Origin: the human T2T-CHM13v2.0 reference genome, Homo sapiens
DNA length: 64,000 nt
Strand: one strand, 5' to 3'
NCBI RefSeq assembly: GCF_009914755.1
Contig: NC_060947.1
A program made the translations under genes and the position numbers. Every line of letters starts with the position of its first letter. Position 1 is the first letter of the stretch. Under the pieces are notes generated by a model, which ran no database searches, had not been told where the DNA came from, and saw only the letters and a list, made by a program, of their open reading frames with translations. Positions 41,740 to 55,397 of this stretch are shown here, piece after piece.

Positions 41740-42829
41740 AACATTCCCAGCCTCTGCCCCCACCCACCCCTTTCCTTTTCTCTCTGGCAGAGACTTACCT
41801 CCTACTGAGGGCAAAAATGCCATATCCTTGCCCTTACTTCCCTAGACTCCTTTGCAATGTGGATATGGACACACAACCCAATCCTGATAAATGAGACTTG
41901 ACGGGACTTCTCCCAGGAGACTTTTGGGAAAGGTTTTTTTCCAAAATAACAAAAATTGAAATTCCCTCTTTTCTTCACCTGAGTATGCTCTTTCACACAG
42001 CACCTGGTAAGGCTGTAGCCTATCTACATGGAGAGAGACATCTCTGAGCCAGGGAAGAGAGATGAACTGTATCTGGGTAAATGTAGTCACTGAGTCCCTG
42101 AGGTAATCCTGGAACCATGCTCCAGGTTTATGTCTGTGGCATGCTGACTCTAAGGTGGTCCTAAGGATTCTCCTCTTTCCCTTCCTGGTATTTATGCCCC
42201 TACCCAATCTCTTCCCTTTGAGCGTGAGCTGGTCTACCCAAATATGGCAAAGGTGCTGTAACAAATAGACTCCATAGCACCTTCTAACAAATAGAATATG
42301 GCAAAGGTGATGGGACGTCATTGCCAGAATTGTAACTTTTGTCTTGACAGTTGATTCTGCTGTTGCCTTCTTGGCTTGCATGCATTCATAAAGTAAGCTG
42401 CCATATTGGAGAGACCCATGAGGCAAGGAGTGGAGGAGGGTGGCCTCCAGCCAACTGCCAATGAGAAGGTGAGGCCCTTAGTCAAATGGCCTTTAAGGAG
42501 ATTCTGCAAACAACTAGGGTAAGCTGGTAAATAGGGCCTTCCTTCACCAGTTGAGCCTTCAGATAAGACCCCAGCTCAGGCTGCCACCTTAACTGCAGCC
42601 TCATATAACTTCTGAAGCAAAGAAATCAGCTAAACTGTGTCTGAACTCCTGACCCACAGAAACTGTGAGATAATAAATATGTATTGTCTTAAGCCACTAA
42701 GTTAGTGATAATTTGTTACACAGTAATATCTAATGCCATGCTTATGTGAGATAAAAAATGTTCTTACTATTTAAGCAACTTTCAATCATGTACTCTGTTA
42801 GTGCAGCCAAAAGTAGCCTAGCTGATACA
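41740..42829 (+). mobile_element. Old MLT1 (K/L-like) LTR split by a younger MLT1
   Basis: ttttgggaaaggtttttt before the insert; ttatgtgagataaaaaatg...gcagccaaaagtagcctagctgataca after it. Confidence 0.65.
42135..42738 (+). mobile_element. MLT1E/F-type solo LTR (nested)
   Basis: tgtggcatgctgactctaaggtgg...cctgacccacagaaactgtgagataataaat...aagccactaag. Confidence 0.88.
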
Positions 42830-43860
42830 CAGGAAGATTTCTTGTGTATATCCTATCTTTTTGTGCTTGTAATATTTTATTAGCACAAGAATGAGCTACT
42901 GCTTATTACAAAATTTATTATCTTATATATCTGCTACTATAAGATTCTAAAAAAAGCTGTGTGTTATCTTTATATTCAAATAAATGAGGGACATTCACAA
43001 AATTATCAAGTGTTCCTCATTACAGTTGACATTTGAGAGTGATTCATTTCAGTTAAATGTATTCAGATTATTTTGAACTAGAAAAAAAAAGAATTATTGT
43101 GCTTATTTGTAACATTTTAAAGCATTCTTATACAGACAGACATTTTCTACATTTGTGTTATTGAAATCAAAGCATGGAGTTGGACCCAAGTCTTCATTTT
43201 TTTTAACCATACATCCATCACTGGATTTTAACAAAGCCAAATCATCTGTCAAATTAAATTAATATTACTACTGTGAAACTTACTGATTGTTACATATAAA
43301 GTATTTGTTTTGATTAATAGATTTAGTAGTAGGTGGTTTCAATGCAATAGAGGAATATCCCAGAGAATCATTATCCATAAAATACATAAATCCTCCTGCC
43401 CCTTATTTTGTAGCACCAAAGAGCTGCTTAGTGGGAAGCTGTATCACACATCAGCCCTACAAGTTGTGGTGACTATTTTGGTGACTTTCTTTTGGGGCCC
43501 ATATTTGAAATTCTGTTTATTTTCTCTGCTATGGATACATCTTTTATTGGTTTAGTGATCACCAGATCTTCTTTCTTCTGCTTTGGCTTCAACTGCTGTG
43601 GAGGAGGAGGACTTAACTTTTTGTGGTTCCCTGAGGGCCATCAAAGTGAATTTACTGTATGCTACGAAGCCTGTATTTTAAGTAAGATCATCAGAAACAT
43701 AAATTTCTAATGCAATACATCCAGCCATGTTTGTGTGATACAAATAACTTAGTTGGATTATATAGATAAGATTTCTGAACATAAGAAGTTTATTCATAGT
43801 CTTACATAAATAACTATAGCCCTATTTCAGTAAAATTAGAGTAAGTCAACACTGGGAATC

Positions 43861-44063
43861 TGTTATGGACTGAATGTATCCCCCTAAAATTCATATGTTG
43901 AAGCCCTAACCCCCAATGTAATGGAATGTGAAGGCAAGGTCTTTGGAAGATAATTAGGTCCAGATGAGGTCTTGAAGGTGGGACCCCATGATGGGATTAG
44001 TACTCTTATGAGAAGAGAAAGACCAGAGTGTGCCTCCCTCCTCCCACCCCCTTCCCCCTCCCT

Positions 44064-44106
<43 letters not shown>

Positions 44107-44286
44107 ATGTGAGGACACAATAAGAAAGGGTCCATTTGCAATCCAGGTAAAGAGGCCTCACCAGGAACTGAATCTGTCAGCACCTTGATTTTGGATTTTC
44201 CAGTCTCCAGAACTATGAGAAATAAATTCCCATTGTTTAAGCCACCCAGTCCGTGGTATTTTGTTATAGCAGCCTGAGCTAAGACA
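43861..44286 (+). mobile_element. MLT1A-type solo LTR with internal (TC)n
   Basis: tgttatggactgaatg...gcagcctgagctaagaca. Confidence 0.92.
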
Positions 44287-44499
44287 GAGTTCATGAAAAT
44301 TTTTCTTCCTAATTGATCACTACTTGAACAACAAAACTCTAGAGTAATGGTTCTCAACCTTCCTTTTTTCACTTTAACACACCAAACAATGATGCTCACA
44401 TACACGACATTCTTCCATGCGGGTATAATCCCCAAAGTTGTGCACAATTGGCTGCCACCTCTTTATCTTGCAATCAGAATAGGATACTAGAATATAAGT

Positions 44500-44900
44500 C
44501 AGCATATCATTATTGTTGCTGTAAGCTTGAATTTGATTGAATTTCAATATATAAATTATATTTTGCCAAAATTTGAGATTTATCCATGTTGACACATATT
44601 GGCCCATTTCACTTATTTTTACTGAAATATTATCCCATAATTAATTTATCTATTCTCATAAGGGTATGTTCTTTCTGATTTTTTCCCATAACAAATAATG
44701 TTGCAATGAACAGTCTCATGCACGTATATGAGAATTTCCCTAGAGTATGTATTTAGAAGTGAAGCTGATGATTCAAGAGCCTGGAATCTTCCACCTTAAT
44801 AGACACCACTATATTGCTCTCCATAGAGGTGGTACAATTTATAGGCTTTCATGTTTACATGCAATGGATGAGAACTTCATACATACTCTCATTTTCTTTC
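44500..44900 (-). mobile_element. Old L1ME fragment
   Basis: tttgagatttatccatgttgac...acaaataatgttgcaatgaaca...atttagaagtgaagctg. Confidence 0.65.
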
Positions 44901-46892
44901 ACTTTCGTTAACTCCAAAAATTTATCTGTGCCTGTTGCCAGATGACTAAAGAAGGAGGAGTATCTATATCACAAACTCAGCTCCACCTCATTCCACTCTC
45001 ACCATCTGTGCATTCAGTCAGTCACTCCTTCAAAAGACATTGATAAAGGGCCCACTATGTGCTCAGTCCAGTGGGGGTGTCAGAGTAGGAAAACCTGTCT
45101 GTGCCCTCCCTACCATAAGATCTTAGGCTACTCATTTCAGCCTCCTGAACTTTGGTCTTATTTTAATCAAAGTGGGGTAACATTTACCTCACAGAGTAAA
45201 TAGTAAAAAGTAAACCAAAGTTTGAGTATATCGAAGCATCTGTGGGCAAAGGGAATTTAAAAAAAAATAAAATAATGTCCCAATTCTCAAATACTTTTTT
45301 GTTGTTGTTGAAATAAAACAATTATACACAGGTAGAAGAGGTGACCTCAATAATCCTGTCCATGTTTTGAAACCATTTGGTAAAAGAGCAATATCTGGAA
45401 GCAATTTATTTCATTTTTTCTTTTGCTTATTTGACATATAATTGTACATATTTATGAGGAGGCATTTTGGCATGAACATACTATGCTGCATTTGGTCAGG
45501 GTCTCTGGTAACTTCCAATACAGATTTTAAGAACCAGGGTACCTATCAACTAAGTTATATCTAGGAAAGCACTTCTCCCCTTCCCTGTCCCACTAACTAA
45601 AATAACATCCTGGAATGAGATGTTTCTGTTGTAATATTTTCTGGCTATGTCTAAGAATGCCAAAACAAGTGAAAACGAAAACATGCAGGCAAATCAGGTA
45701 CTTGGCACTCTAAGGACTGGTTGTTTCATTGACTTGACCTTTTCTCCTTCTAATACATTGAGTCAAGCTGACTTGTGTGTGTAGATGAACCCTAATGTTT
45801 ATTGCGGAATTGGGAGTCATTCATCTTTAGTCAGTCATGTGCTTGATGTGAAGATATTTGTGAAGTTTACATTTATGGAAATGTTTTCTCAACTTCAGGC
45901 AAGCAGTTTTTTTTCCCCTTCTAAACACACTGTAGGACTTTTTTTCTATTAATTTGTTTATCTTCAAAATAGTAGTCCTGTATTTCTCCACTCCTTTGCT
46001 TTCTTAAACAAAATGGTGTCTCCTCATTCTCCCTCTCCATTCCCCTCTGGGGCCTCCAGGACTTAAAGATCCTCTCAATAGTCTTCTTGCAGTAATTCCT
46101 CTCCAAAGAGCAAAGGTTTCTCCAACTTTTAGGTGTTTATATAACGACTGTTTTCTCACATCTTTTTGCTATCTTGGGCTCTAGGTTCCCTGACTTCTGG
46201 TTCCCAGTGTTAATGTTCTCATTTTTCATCTATTTCATCCTTACTGCCTGAAGGGACTCTGATCCTTGCCTCTCCCAGGCACTGCTGGATGCAAATGGGA
46301 AGAGGAAGCAGCGGCATGGAGGTCTGCCCCTGGACAAGGGCCATCTTTACATTCTGAGGCATCCAGATTTGCCAAGTGTGACTTCAGCTGGAAACAATCT
46401 TGAGACAGAAAGACTTACTGAGCCATATTCTGCAGTTTAATGAGTGTGCACATCAGCTTTCTTCTCAAAGACTGATTCAGATACCTAGGTCTCGTGGGTT
46501 TTTTTATTTGCATAATTTTCTTACTGGAAGAGTAATACTATTTTCTAACAGAGTCTTTAGGAGGATATCTGAAGAAGGGAGAAAATTGTTTAGTCACATG
46601 TAGAAACTTTTCTGTGATTTTATAAAATGAAAGTACTTGAAAGGGCATTGAGCCACCTGAACCACTGTTTCTTCTTTTCATTCTATCAATAAATATTTAT
46701 GGACCCTTCCTTTCTTTGGAAGGTACTTCCCAAGTCACTTGGTCATCTACCTGCTTCATCCATGGGGGTTCCCTCTCCTTATTGACTTGCCTACTAAGCT
46801 GTACTCCACTGAGAATAAAATACCCTTTTCCAAAGTACATTTTAATAATTTTTCACTAAATCCCACAACTTAAGTTTCGGAAGCAAAGAGAA

Positions 46893-47200
<308 letters not shown>

Positions 47201-47511
47201 GAAGCAAAGAGAAACCTTTTTTTCAAAATGAAATTACTAGTATACACTTTAGAAAAATCATATAAAATAAATCAAGTCTTTTGGGGGGGAAGGTTATAGA
47301 ATCTCAAGTGGAGCTCAGCATTTAACCATAATGACAACTCTCTCTTGTAAGCTCTATTTATAATGTATATGAAGATTTCAATAGGATCATGGACATTAAT
47401 GCCATAACATGATTCATGAAACACCCACCAGAACACACACTAGAAGAGCTGACATGAAACAGTCAACAGCGTGGTTGTTGGCAAGGTTTTGAAACCCTCA
47501 TAACTCTAATA

Positions 47512-47962
47512 TAGAGGTTGGCAAATTAGTTCTGTAAAGGGCCAGATAGTAAATATGTTTGGCTTTGTGGGCCATACAGTTGCTTTCACAACTACTCAAC
47601 TCTGCCCTTGCCACAGGAAAACTGACATAGACAATACATTAAAAAGAAACTGAGATTATGTTCCAATAAAACTTTACTTACAAGCTGGCACAGTGACTCA
47701 CCCCTGTAATCCCAGCACTTTGGGAAGCTGAGAAGGGAGGATTGCTTCACACCAGGAAATTGAGACCACCCTTCTCTCATAGCAAGATCCCAACTCTGCA
47801 AAAAGTTACAGAATTACCTGGGTGTGATGGTGCACACCGGTAGTCCTAGCCACTTGGGAGGCTGAGGTAGGAGGATCACTTGAACCCAGGAGTTTGAGGC
47901 TACAGTGAGCTGTGATCTTACAAAACAAAACAGGTCTTCTAGCCATAGTTTGCCAGTTCCTG
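47512..47962 (+). mobile_element. MER58A interrupted by Alu, perfect 8-bp TSD
   Basis: TSD ctctaata at 47504-47511 and 47963-47970; inserted in an old L1ME (about 47400-49015). Confidence 0.9.
47684..47916 (+). mobile_element. AluJ lacking 3' end and poly(A)
   Basis: Ends at gagctgtgat; flanked by cttacaa repeats. Confidence 0.88.
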
Positions 47963-48025
47963 CTCTAATACATTGTTGGTTAGAATAAATTTGTACAAGC
48001 AGGTTGGAAAACTAAAACTAAATTA

Positions 48026-48469
48026 CAACTGACATTTGAACAACATGAGAGGAGTAGGGGCGCCAAACTCCCATGCAGTCAAAAATCTGTGTATAACTTT
48101 TTGACTCCCCAAAAACTTTACTTTTAATGGCCTGCTATTGACCAGAAGCCTTATCAACAGCATAAACAGTCGATTAACACTTAGTTTGTATGTCATGTAT
48201 TATATACCGTATTCTTACAATAAAGTAGGCTAGAAAAAAGTAATATTATTAAGAAAATCATAAGGAAGAGAAAATATATTTACTATTCATTAAGTAGGAG
48301 TGGATAGTCATAAAGGTCTTCATCCTCATCATCTTTATGTTGAGTAGGTAGAGAAGGAGCAGGAAGAGGAGGGTTGGGTTTTGCTGTCTCGAGGGTGGCA
48401 GAGGCAGAAGAAAATCTACATACAAGTGGACCCACACAGTTCAAACTTGTGTTGTTGAAAGATCAACTG
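48026..48469 (-). mobile_element. Tigger2a (TcMar), full length
   Basis: ta|caactgacatttgaacaac ... gttgttgaaagatcaactg|tg TIRs and Tigger2a internal sequence. Confidence 0.9.
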
Positions 48470-49018
48470 TGTGTGTGTGTGCACATGTGTGTGTGTTTAT
48501 ATACAAATGAAGCCTCAGCAATTTCATTTCCAGGTATAGACACATGCAATACACAAGTGTGTTTATTTAAAAACATGTACAACAATGCATGAGTTGCAAT
48601 AGCCAAAACCTGGAAATAACTCATATGTTCATCAATGGAATAAACTGTTGTATATTCATACAATGGAATACTACATGGCAATGAAAAGTACATTAATTAC
48701 AACTACATGTGACAATCTGAACGTCACAAAAATGTTAAAGCCAGACACAAAGTAATATATAACATGTGATTACATTTGTATAAAATGCAAAATTAATCTA
48801 TGGAGTTACAAGTTGGGATAATGATTACCTTTGGCAGACAGGGGCAGATAATGCCTGGAAAAGGAGGCCTGAGAAGTTTCTGGAGTTCTATTTCTCATGA
48901 TGCTTTATTTCTTGATCTGATGATAGTCACATGGGTGAGTCCACTTTGTGAAAACAAAGTGAGGTGTGTATTATGATTTGTATACTTTTCTGCACCCATT
49001 TCATACATTTATAAAATA

Positions 49019-49774
<756 letters not shown>

Positions 49775-50356
49775 TATTTACAAATAAGACTTGTGAAGAC
49801 TTCTTCAATAACCCACACAGTTCAAATCTCCTGTTTCCTCAGTGAAACTTCGCTTCTTCCATTGGGTTCCCATGGCACACTGCACATTCCTCGACTGTGT
49901 GTATTAATTCATGATTATTTATATATGTTCTTGCCAGGGTTAGACTCCTGCTACTTGAAAACAGGGACTACATTTTAATAATCTTTTTGTCCCCAAAGCC
50001 TAACAAATAGACTGATCCACAGCAGACTAGGAATAAACACTATCAAATGATTTCAAACACTTTGGATGATCACTGGAAAATGCTACCATGAATTGATTAC
50101 TCTTTAGCCCTTGCCAAAGACTCGTTGCAGTCATTTGATAATCCAGGGAGAGATTCCCAAAGTTCGATGGAAACGTTCTTTCTCTCTCTCGGATCTTCAG
50201 AGACACGACTCTTTATTCATTTGATCACAAGCAAAGACAATACCCAGAATGTATTAGTTCTGCAACTCAAAGAAATGAATTTCATCTCACAAAACCTAAT
50301 GTTATACTGTCTGCTACCGTTTTAGTAGAGAATTTAGACCAGAAATATCCATTTGC

Positions 50357-50417
50357 ACACACACACACACACACAAAGAGACACACATACACACACACAA
50401 ACACATGCACACACACA
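50357..50417 (+). repeat. Interrupted (CA)n
   Basis: Direct reading. Confidence 0.9.
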
Positions 50418-50797
50418 TCTGTGTCTTTTGCAAAACCGTGGTTGAAAAATTATCTATTTTCTTATACAATGTCCCACATATAATGCCCTACAAGATATAT
50501 TTCTCTTTAAAATCAATGGCAGGAAAAAAAAGTGGTCTTGGCTGATGGAGTTATGTATCAATTTTTTTTGGGGGGGGGCTACCCAAGAACTGTTTCTTTT
50601 TTTCTCATTTGTTGGGAAATACAGAACTCAATCAAATATTCAACCCTAATGATTAAGTCATTTCAGGACTCCAGTGACATCCTTGCTTCTGCTCCTTCTA
50701 TTCTGTTTCAGTTCTACTTTTATTTGTAATTACTTTTTGTTATTATGTTTAATTTGTTAAGCTTCCTTGGAAAGCAGGTAGAGTACATATCTTAAAT

Positions 50798-51019
50798 TAG
50801 GGTTTTTCCACCTCTGTACTATTGACATTTTAGACTAGATAATTTGTTGTTGTCAGGCTGTGCTGCACATTGTAACATGTTTAGCAATATCCCTGACCTC
50901 TTCCCCCCAGGTGCCAGCAGTGTCACCAACACCACTCCCCAGTTGTAACAGTCAGAAATGTCTCCAGATCTTGCCAAATGCCCTCTGGTGGATAAAATTA
51001 CCCCCGTTAAGAATCCGTC
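50798..51019 (-). mobile_element. MER20
   Basis: tagggtttttccacctctgtactattgacatttt...aaatgtctccagatcttgccaaatgccctctgg; TSD tcttaaat/tcttaact. Confidence 0.9.
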
Positions 51020-51817
51020 TCTTAACTATATAAATAAATATTGTAGAACCCTTTTAAACCCTCATATCTAAACTTGTTCACCAAAAAGCTATTAAAGAAG
51101 ATGCAATGAAAATTATTGATTAAAACCCCAACTATATCTTTACTCACATTAAGTGCAAATAAGCAGGTCTTTAGCTGAATGAGGAAAACACATACACACC
51201 CACTGGCTTACTGAGCCAGAAGACTGAGACTGAAGAGACACACAGTTAAAGTCAGGGAATGGACAATGGTGGTTTCATGCCTTTCCTGGAGGTAAACACA
51301 TGGGGAGAAAATGAACAAAAATGGTTAACAGCCACCAACAATGCTAGAAAGATATTTCAATGTCACATTGGAGAAGTTTTAATGGGAAGAGTAAACCCAA
51401 AAGTTAGCATGTCTTCCTTTTTGTACTTCTCCTCCTTAGACCTGGTAAATGAAAACATCTGGAAGATGATTGGATTTGTTTTTTTCAAAGTAAAAAATGA
51501 CTGTAAAGTCTGGGTGGCTTTTCTTGAGCAAACTTGGGAGCTTCCCTGAAATTTTCCCCGTAAAGACCAACATAATGAAGGAAGGCGCAACAGAGTCCAA
51601 ACTAGGCAGATGACAAGCCAGTAAATAAGACCAACCTCCCACCAGTATAGTGCATTACGCTTTCACCTATGAGCTCCCGTTTGGCTCTCTGTGGCAGCCT
51701 AGGCAGGTTGTGTTCCCCTTGTTTTATGCTTGGGTTAGTCAAACATGTAAATGGCACAGATTCGTGAACTTGAGGTTTCATACTATTATTGAGTGTTATA
51801 ACACAGAAGAACTTCAA

Positions 51818-52567
51818 TATCACTGATAAGTAGAGAAACGCAAATCAAAACCACAATGAGATACCATCGCACATCAGTCAGAATGGCTACTATTAAAAAG
51901 ACAAAAAATACCAAGATGCTGGTGAGGTTGTGGAGAAAAAGGAATGCTTATACACTATTGGCAGGAGTGTAAATTAGTTCAACCATTGTGGACAGCAGTG
52001 TGGCAATTCCTCCAAGAGCTAAAAACAGAACCAACGTTCAACCCAGAAATCCTATTACTGTGTATATACCCAGAGGAATATAAATAATTCTACCATAAAG
52101 ACCCATGCACGTGAATGTTCACTGCAGCACTAGTCACAATAACAAAGACATGGAATCAACCTAAATGCCCATCAATGACATATTGGATAAAGAAAGTGTG
52201 GTACATATACACCATGGAATACTATGCAGACACAAAAAGAATGAGGTCATGTCCTTTGCCGGGACATGGATGAAGCTGGAGGCCATTATTCTTAGCAAAC
52301 TAATGCAGTAACAGAAAACCAAATACCACATGTTCTCACTTATAAGTGAGAGCCAAATGATGAGAACTCATGGAGACAAAGAAGAGAACAGACATTGGGG
52401 CCTACTTGAGGATGGAGGGTATAGGAGCAGAAAAAAATAACTAGCAGGTACTATGCTTATTACCTGGGTGATGGAATAGTCTGTACAACAAACCGCTATA
52501 ACAAGAGTTTACCTATATAGCAAACCTGCACATGTACCCCTGAACCTAAAATAAAAGTTAAAAAAAG
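51818..52567 (+). mobile_element. Old L1PA (PA13-16-like) 3' end
   Basis: ORF2 end plus 3' UTR to aaataaaagttaaaaaa; flanking repeat aacacagaagaacttcaa / aacacagaagagcttgaa. Confidence 0.9.
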
Positions 52568-52760
52568 AACACAGAAGAGCTTGAACGGGGATTACATCAA
52601 TTCTATGCAACCTACAAGACCCTCCTCCCTGAAGTCTCCCACGATTCTCCCCAACTCTCAGTCAGAAGCGTTTGCTTCTTCTCTTCAGCCTTTGTCTTGC
52701 TCTTACATTAGCATTATCTGAGTGGGGGCTTTTTCTTCCTAAGACAGTACATAGTCTCCT

Positions 52761-53522
52761 TTTTTATATATACTTTAAGTTCTAGGGTACATGTGCAGAA
52801 CGTGCAGTTTTGTTACATAGGTATACACGTACCATGGTGGTTTGCCGCACCCATCAACCTATCACCTACATTAGGTATTTCTCCTAATGTTATCCGTCCC
52901 CTAGCCCCCCACCCCACGACAGGCCCCGGTATGTGATGTTCCCCTCCCTTTGTCCATGTGTTCTCATTGTTCAACTCCCACTTATGAGTGACAACATGTG
53001 GTGTTTGGTTTTCTGTTCTTGCGATAGTTTGCTCAGAATGATGGATTCCAGCTTCACCTATGTCCCTGCAAAGGACATGAACTCATCCTTTTATATGGCT
53101 GCATAATATTCCATAGTGTATATGTGCCACATTTCTTTATCTAGTCTATCATTGATGGACATTTGGGTTGGTTCCAAGTCTTTGCTATTGTGAATAGTGC
53201 CGCAATAAACATACGTGTGCATGTGTCTTTATAGCAGCATGATTTATAATCCTTTGGGTATATACCCAGTAATGGGATGGCTGGGTCAAATGGTATTTCT
53301 AGTTCTAGATCCTTGAGGAATCGCCACACTGTCTTCCACAATGGTTGAACTAGTTTACAGTCCCACCGACAGTGTGAAAGTGTCCCTATTTCTCCACATC
53401 CTCTCCAGCATGTTATTTCCTGACTTTTTAATGATTGCCATTCTAACTGGCATGAGGTGGTATCTCATTGCGGTTTTGATTTGCATTTCTCTAATGACCA
53501 GTGATGGTGAGCATTTTTTCAT
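52761..53522 (-). mobile_element. L1PA7-like 5'-truncated insertion
   Basis: 3' UTR plus ORF2 remnants (ORFs 53141-53341, 53355-53558); TSD agtacatagtctcct / agtacatagtgtctt. Confidence 0.93.
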
Positions 53523-54019
53523 AGTACATAGTGTCTTAATCATCTTTATTTTCTCCACTGTTTTCCCTAAGCACAGAGCCTTGTAGGACTCCAGAAATGT
53601 TTGTTTAATTGAGCCTGATCTATTAATATACTCTTGAACCCCTACTGATTATTCAGTAGAGAAAGTTGAGTCATTAAAGCCTCATTCTGAAGGGGAGAGG
53701 AATTCCTAAGAAATATCTAGAGGTTTGTGACTCTGTGACCCTTCAGAAATAAGGGCGGTTATTGGCTCTTTGCAGGGGGACTCCTTTCCCTACACTCTCC
53801 AGGATGTGACCTTCCAGTGACACTTGGGATGGACATGGCAGCACAGCTTTTGAACAGTGACTGAGGGTGTGCTTGAATAAGAAAGATTCCACATCTCAGT
53901 CTCCGTGTCTTTAAAACAAGGGATATTTGCTCAGGTGACAGGGAAATTTATCTCAGGGGCCTCTACTGTTTCTGCGGCATAAAGTGTACATTTGTATCTT
54001 CTTAAAAAAACAGCATAAT

Positions 54020-54200
54020 TATTTCCAATACACACTTTCACCTCATGAGTTCTCAATCCTTGTGAGTGCCCATGAGTCAGGAGATTCACTCCTATTTTGT
54101 AGAAAGAAACTGAGGCTTCTAAAGGTTGAGGAACCTTCCTAAAGCCATTGTGCCAATTAATGACAGGGCAAGCCATCTGATTTTCCATCTAGGGCTGTGG
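54020..54200 (-). mobile_element. MIR
   Basis: cctattttgtagaaagaaactgaggcttctaaaggttgaggaaccttcctaaagcc. Confidence 0.75.
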
Positions 54201-54612
54201 ATTTCCACAGAGGCAATTGTGCCCCCAGGCAGACATGTGTATTTAAATATGAGAATAATGATGAAGTTATGGGACTGTCAATCCCCCACTTTGCCCCCAG
54301 CTCCTTGCAGTTGCCTCTACTGACAAAATCCTAAAGCCCTTATTATAGAGTAGAACTTTGGCCAGCAGCCTCAGAGAGACTTCTAGTGGTACTTATAGTC
54401 CCACTGCTAATAAAGTAGTATGCACTCATTCAACACATATTTCTTGAGCCTCACCTATGTTTTTGCACAAAGTATGCTGAAAGTCAAAACACCCTCGTGG
54501 AACTTGGTTTCTCAAGAGGGAGACAATTATTAAATGAAGAAATCACCCAAATAATGGAAAGGTACAAGGAAAGAAAAGTACAGGGTGTTTACCTAGCATG
54601 GATGTGGGTAGG

Positions 54613-54955
54613 TATGGTTGCCAGATTTAGTAAATAAGGTACAGGACATCCAGCTAAATTTGAATTTTACATAAAAAATGAGTATTTTTTTAAGAGTCGG
54701 AGTCTTGCTCTGTTGCTATGATACAATGGTGCGATCATAGCTCACTGCAACCTTGAACTCCTGGGCTCAAGTGATCCTCCCACCTCAGCCTCCCAAGTAG
54801 CTGGGATTACAGGAGTGAGCCACATCACCTGGCTAATTTTTAACATAAGTATGTCCCATGCTATATTTGGGACAGATTCATACTGGCAATATTATTCATT
54901 ATTTATCTGAAATTCAAATTCACCTGAGCAGCCTGTATTTTACCTGGCAACCCTA
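54613..54955. mobile_element. MER53 interrupted by an Alu monomer (about 54684-54836, minus strand)
   Basis: ggttgccagatttagtaaataa ... tgtattttacctggcaacccta; the insert is a single Alu right arm. Confidence 0.88.
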
Positions 54956-55363
54956 GGGAGAAAAGAAATAGCTGTAGTTTCAGAGATGCAGGCTTGCCCT
55001 GACCCCGACTGTAACCCCAACTCCTAACTCCATGCCACTAAGTCCGTCTTTCCATTTCCTTCTAAGCTGCATACCAGTCAACTTGGCTGGGGTATTCCTA
55101 GCCTGACAATTTCATTGCTCCCAAGGACTGACTCCAGCTGCCTTTGGACCCACCCAAGGACTGGAGTCCTTCTGCAATATGCTCACCTCTCCAGTCTTCC
55201 ACTGTATGCCTCCTGTGCTTGGCATAGTCTCTGGAGTCAAAGATATCCCTTCAACCATCACTTCCTCAGCCCCACCCCTTTCGAATCTCAGCTTCCTCGT
55301 CTCTTCACTACTTCAAATGCTGATGAAATTCCAAAATGTGCCTCATGCCTGAGCCAACTCATA

Positions 55364-55365
<2 letters not shown>

Positions 55366-55394
<29 letters not shown>
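55366..55394 (+). repeat. (CA)n microsatellite
   Basis: Direct reading. Confidence 0.95.

Positions 55395-55397
<3 letters not shown>

Noticed and set aside
41842-42426. 194-aa ORF
   Set aside because: Antisense read-through of nested MLT1 LTRs.
43884-44447. 187-aa ORF with (ER)n
   Set aside because: Antisense MLT1A plus (GA)n microsatellite.
54308-54325. CTCF-like motif (reverse tgtcagtagaggcaac)
   Set aside because: Mismatches at core positions; too weak to call.
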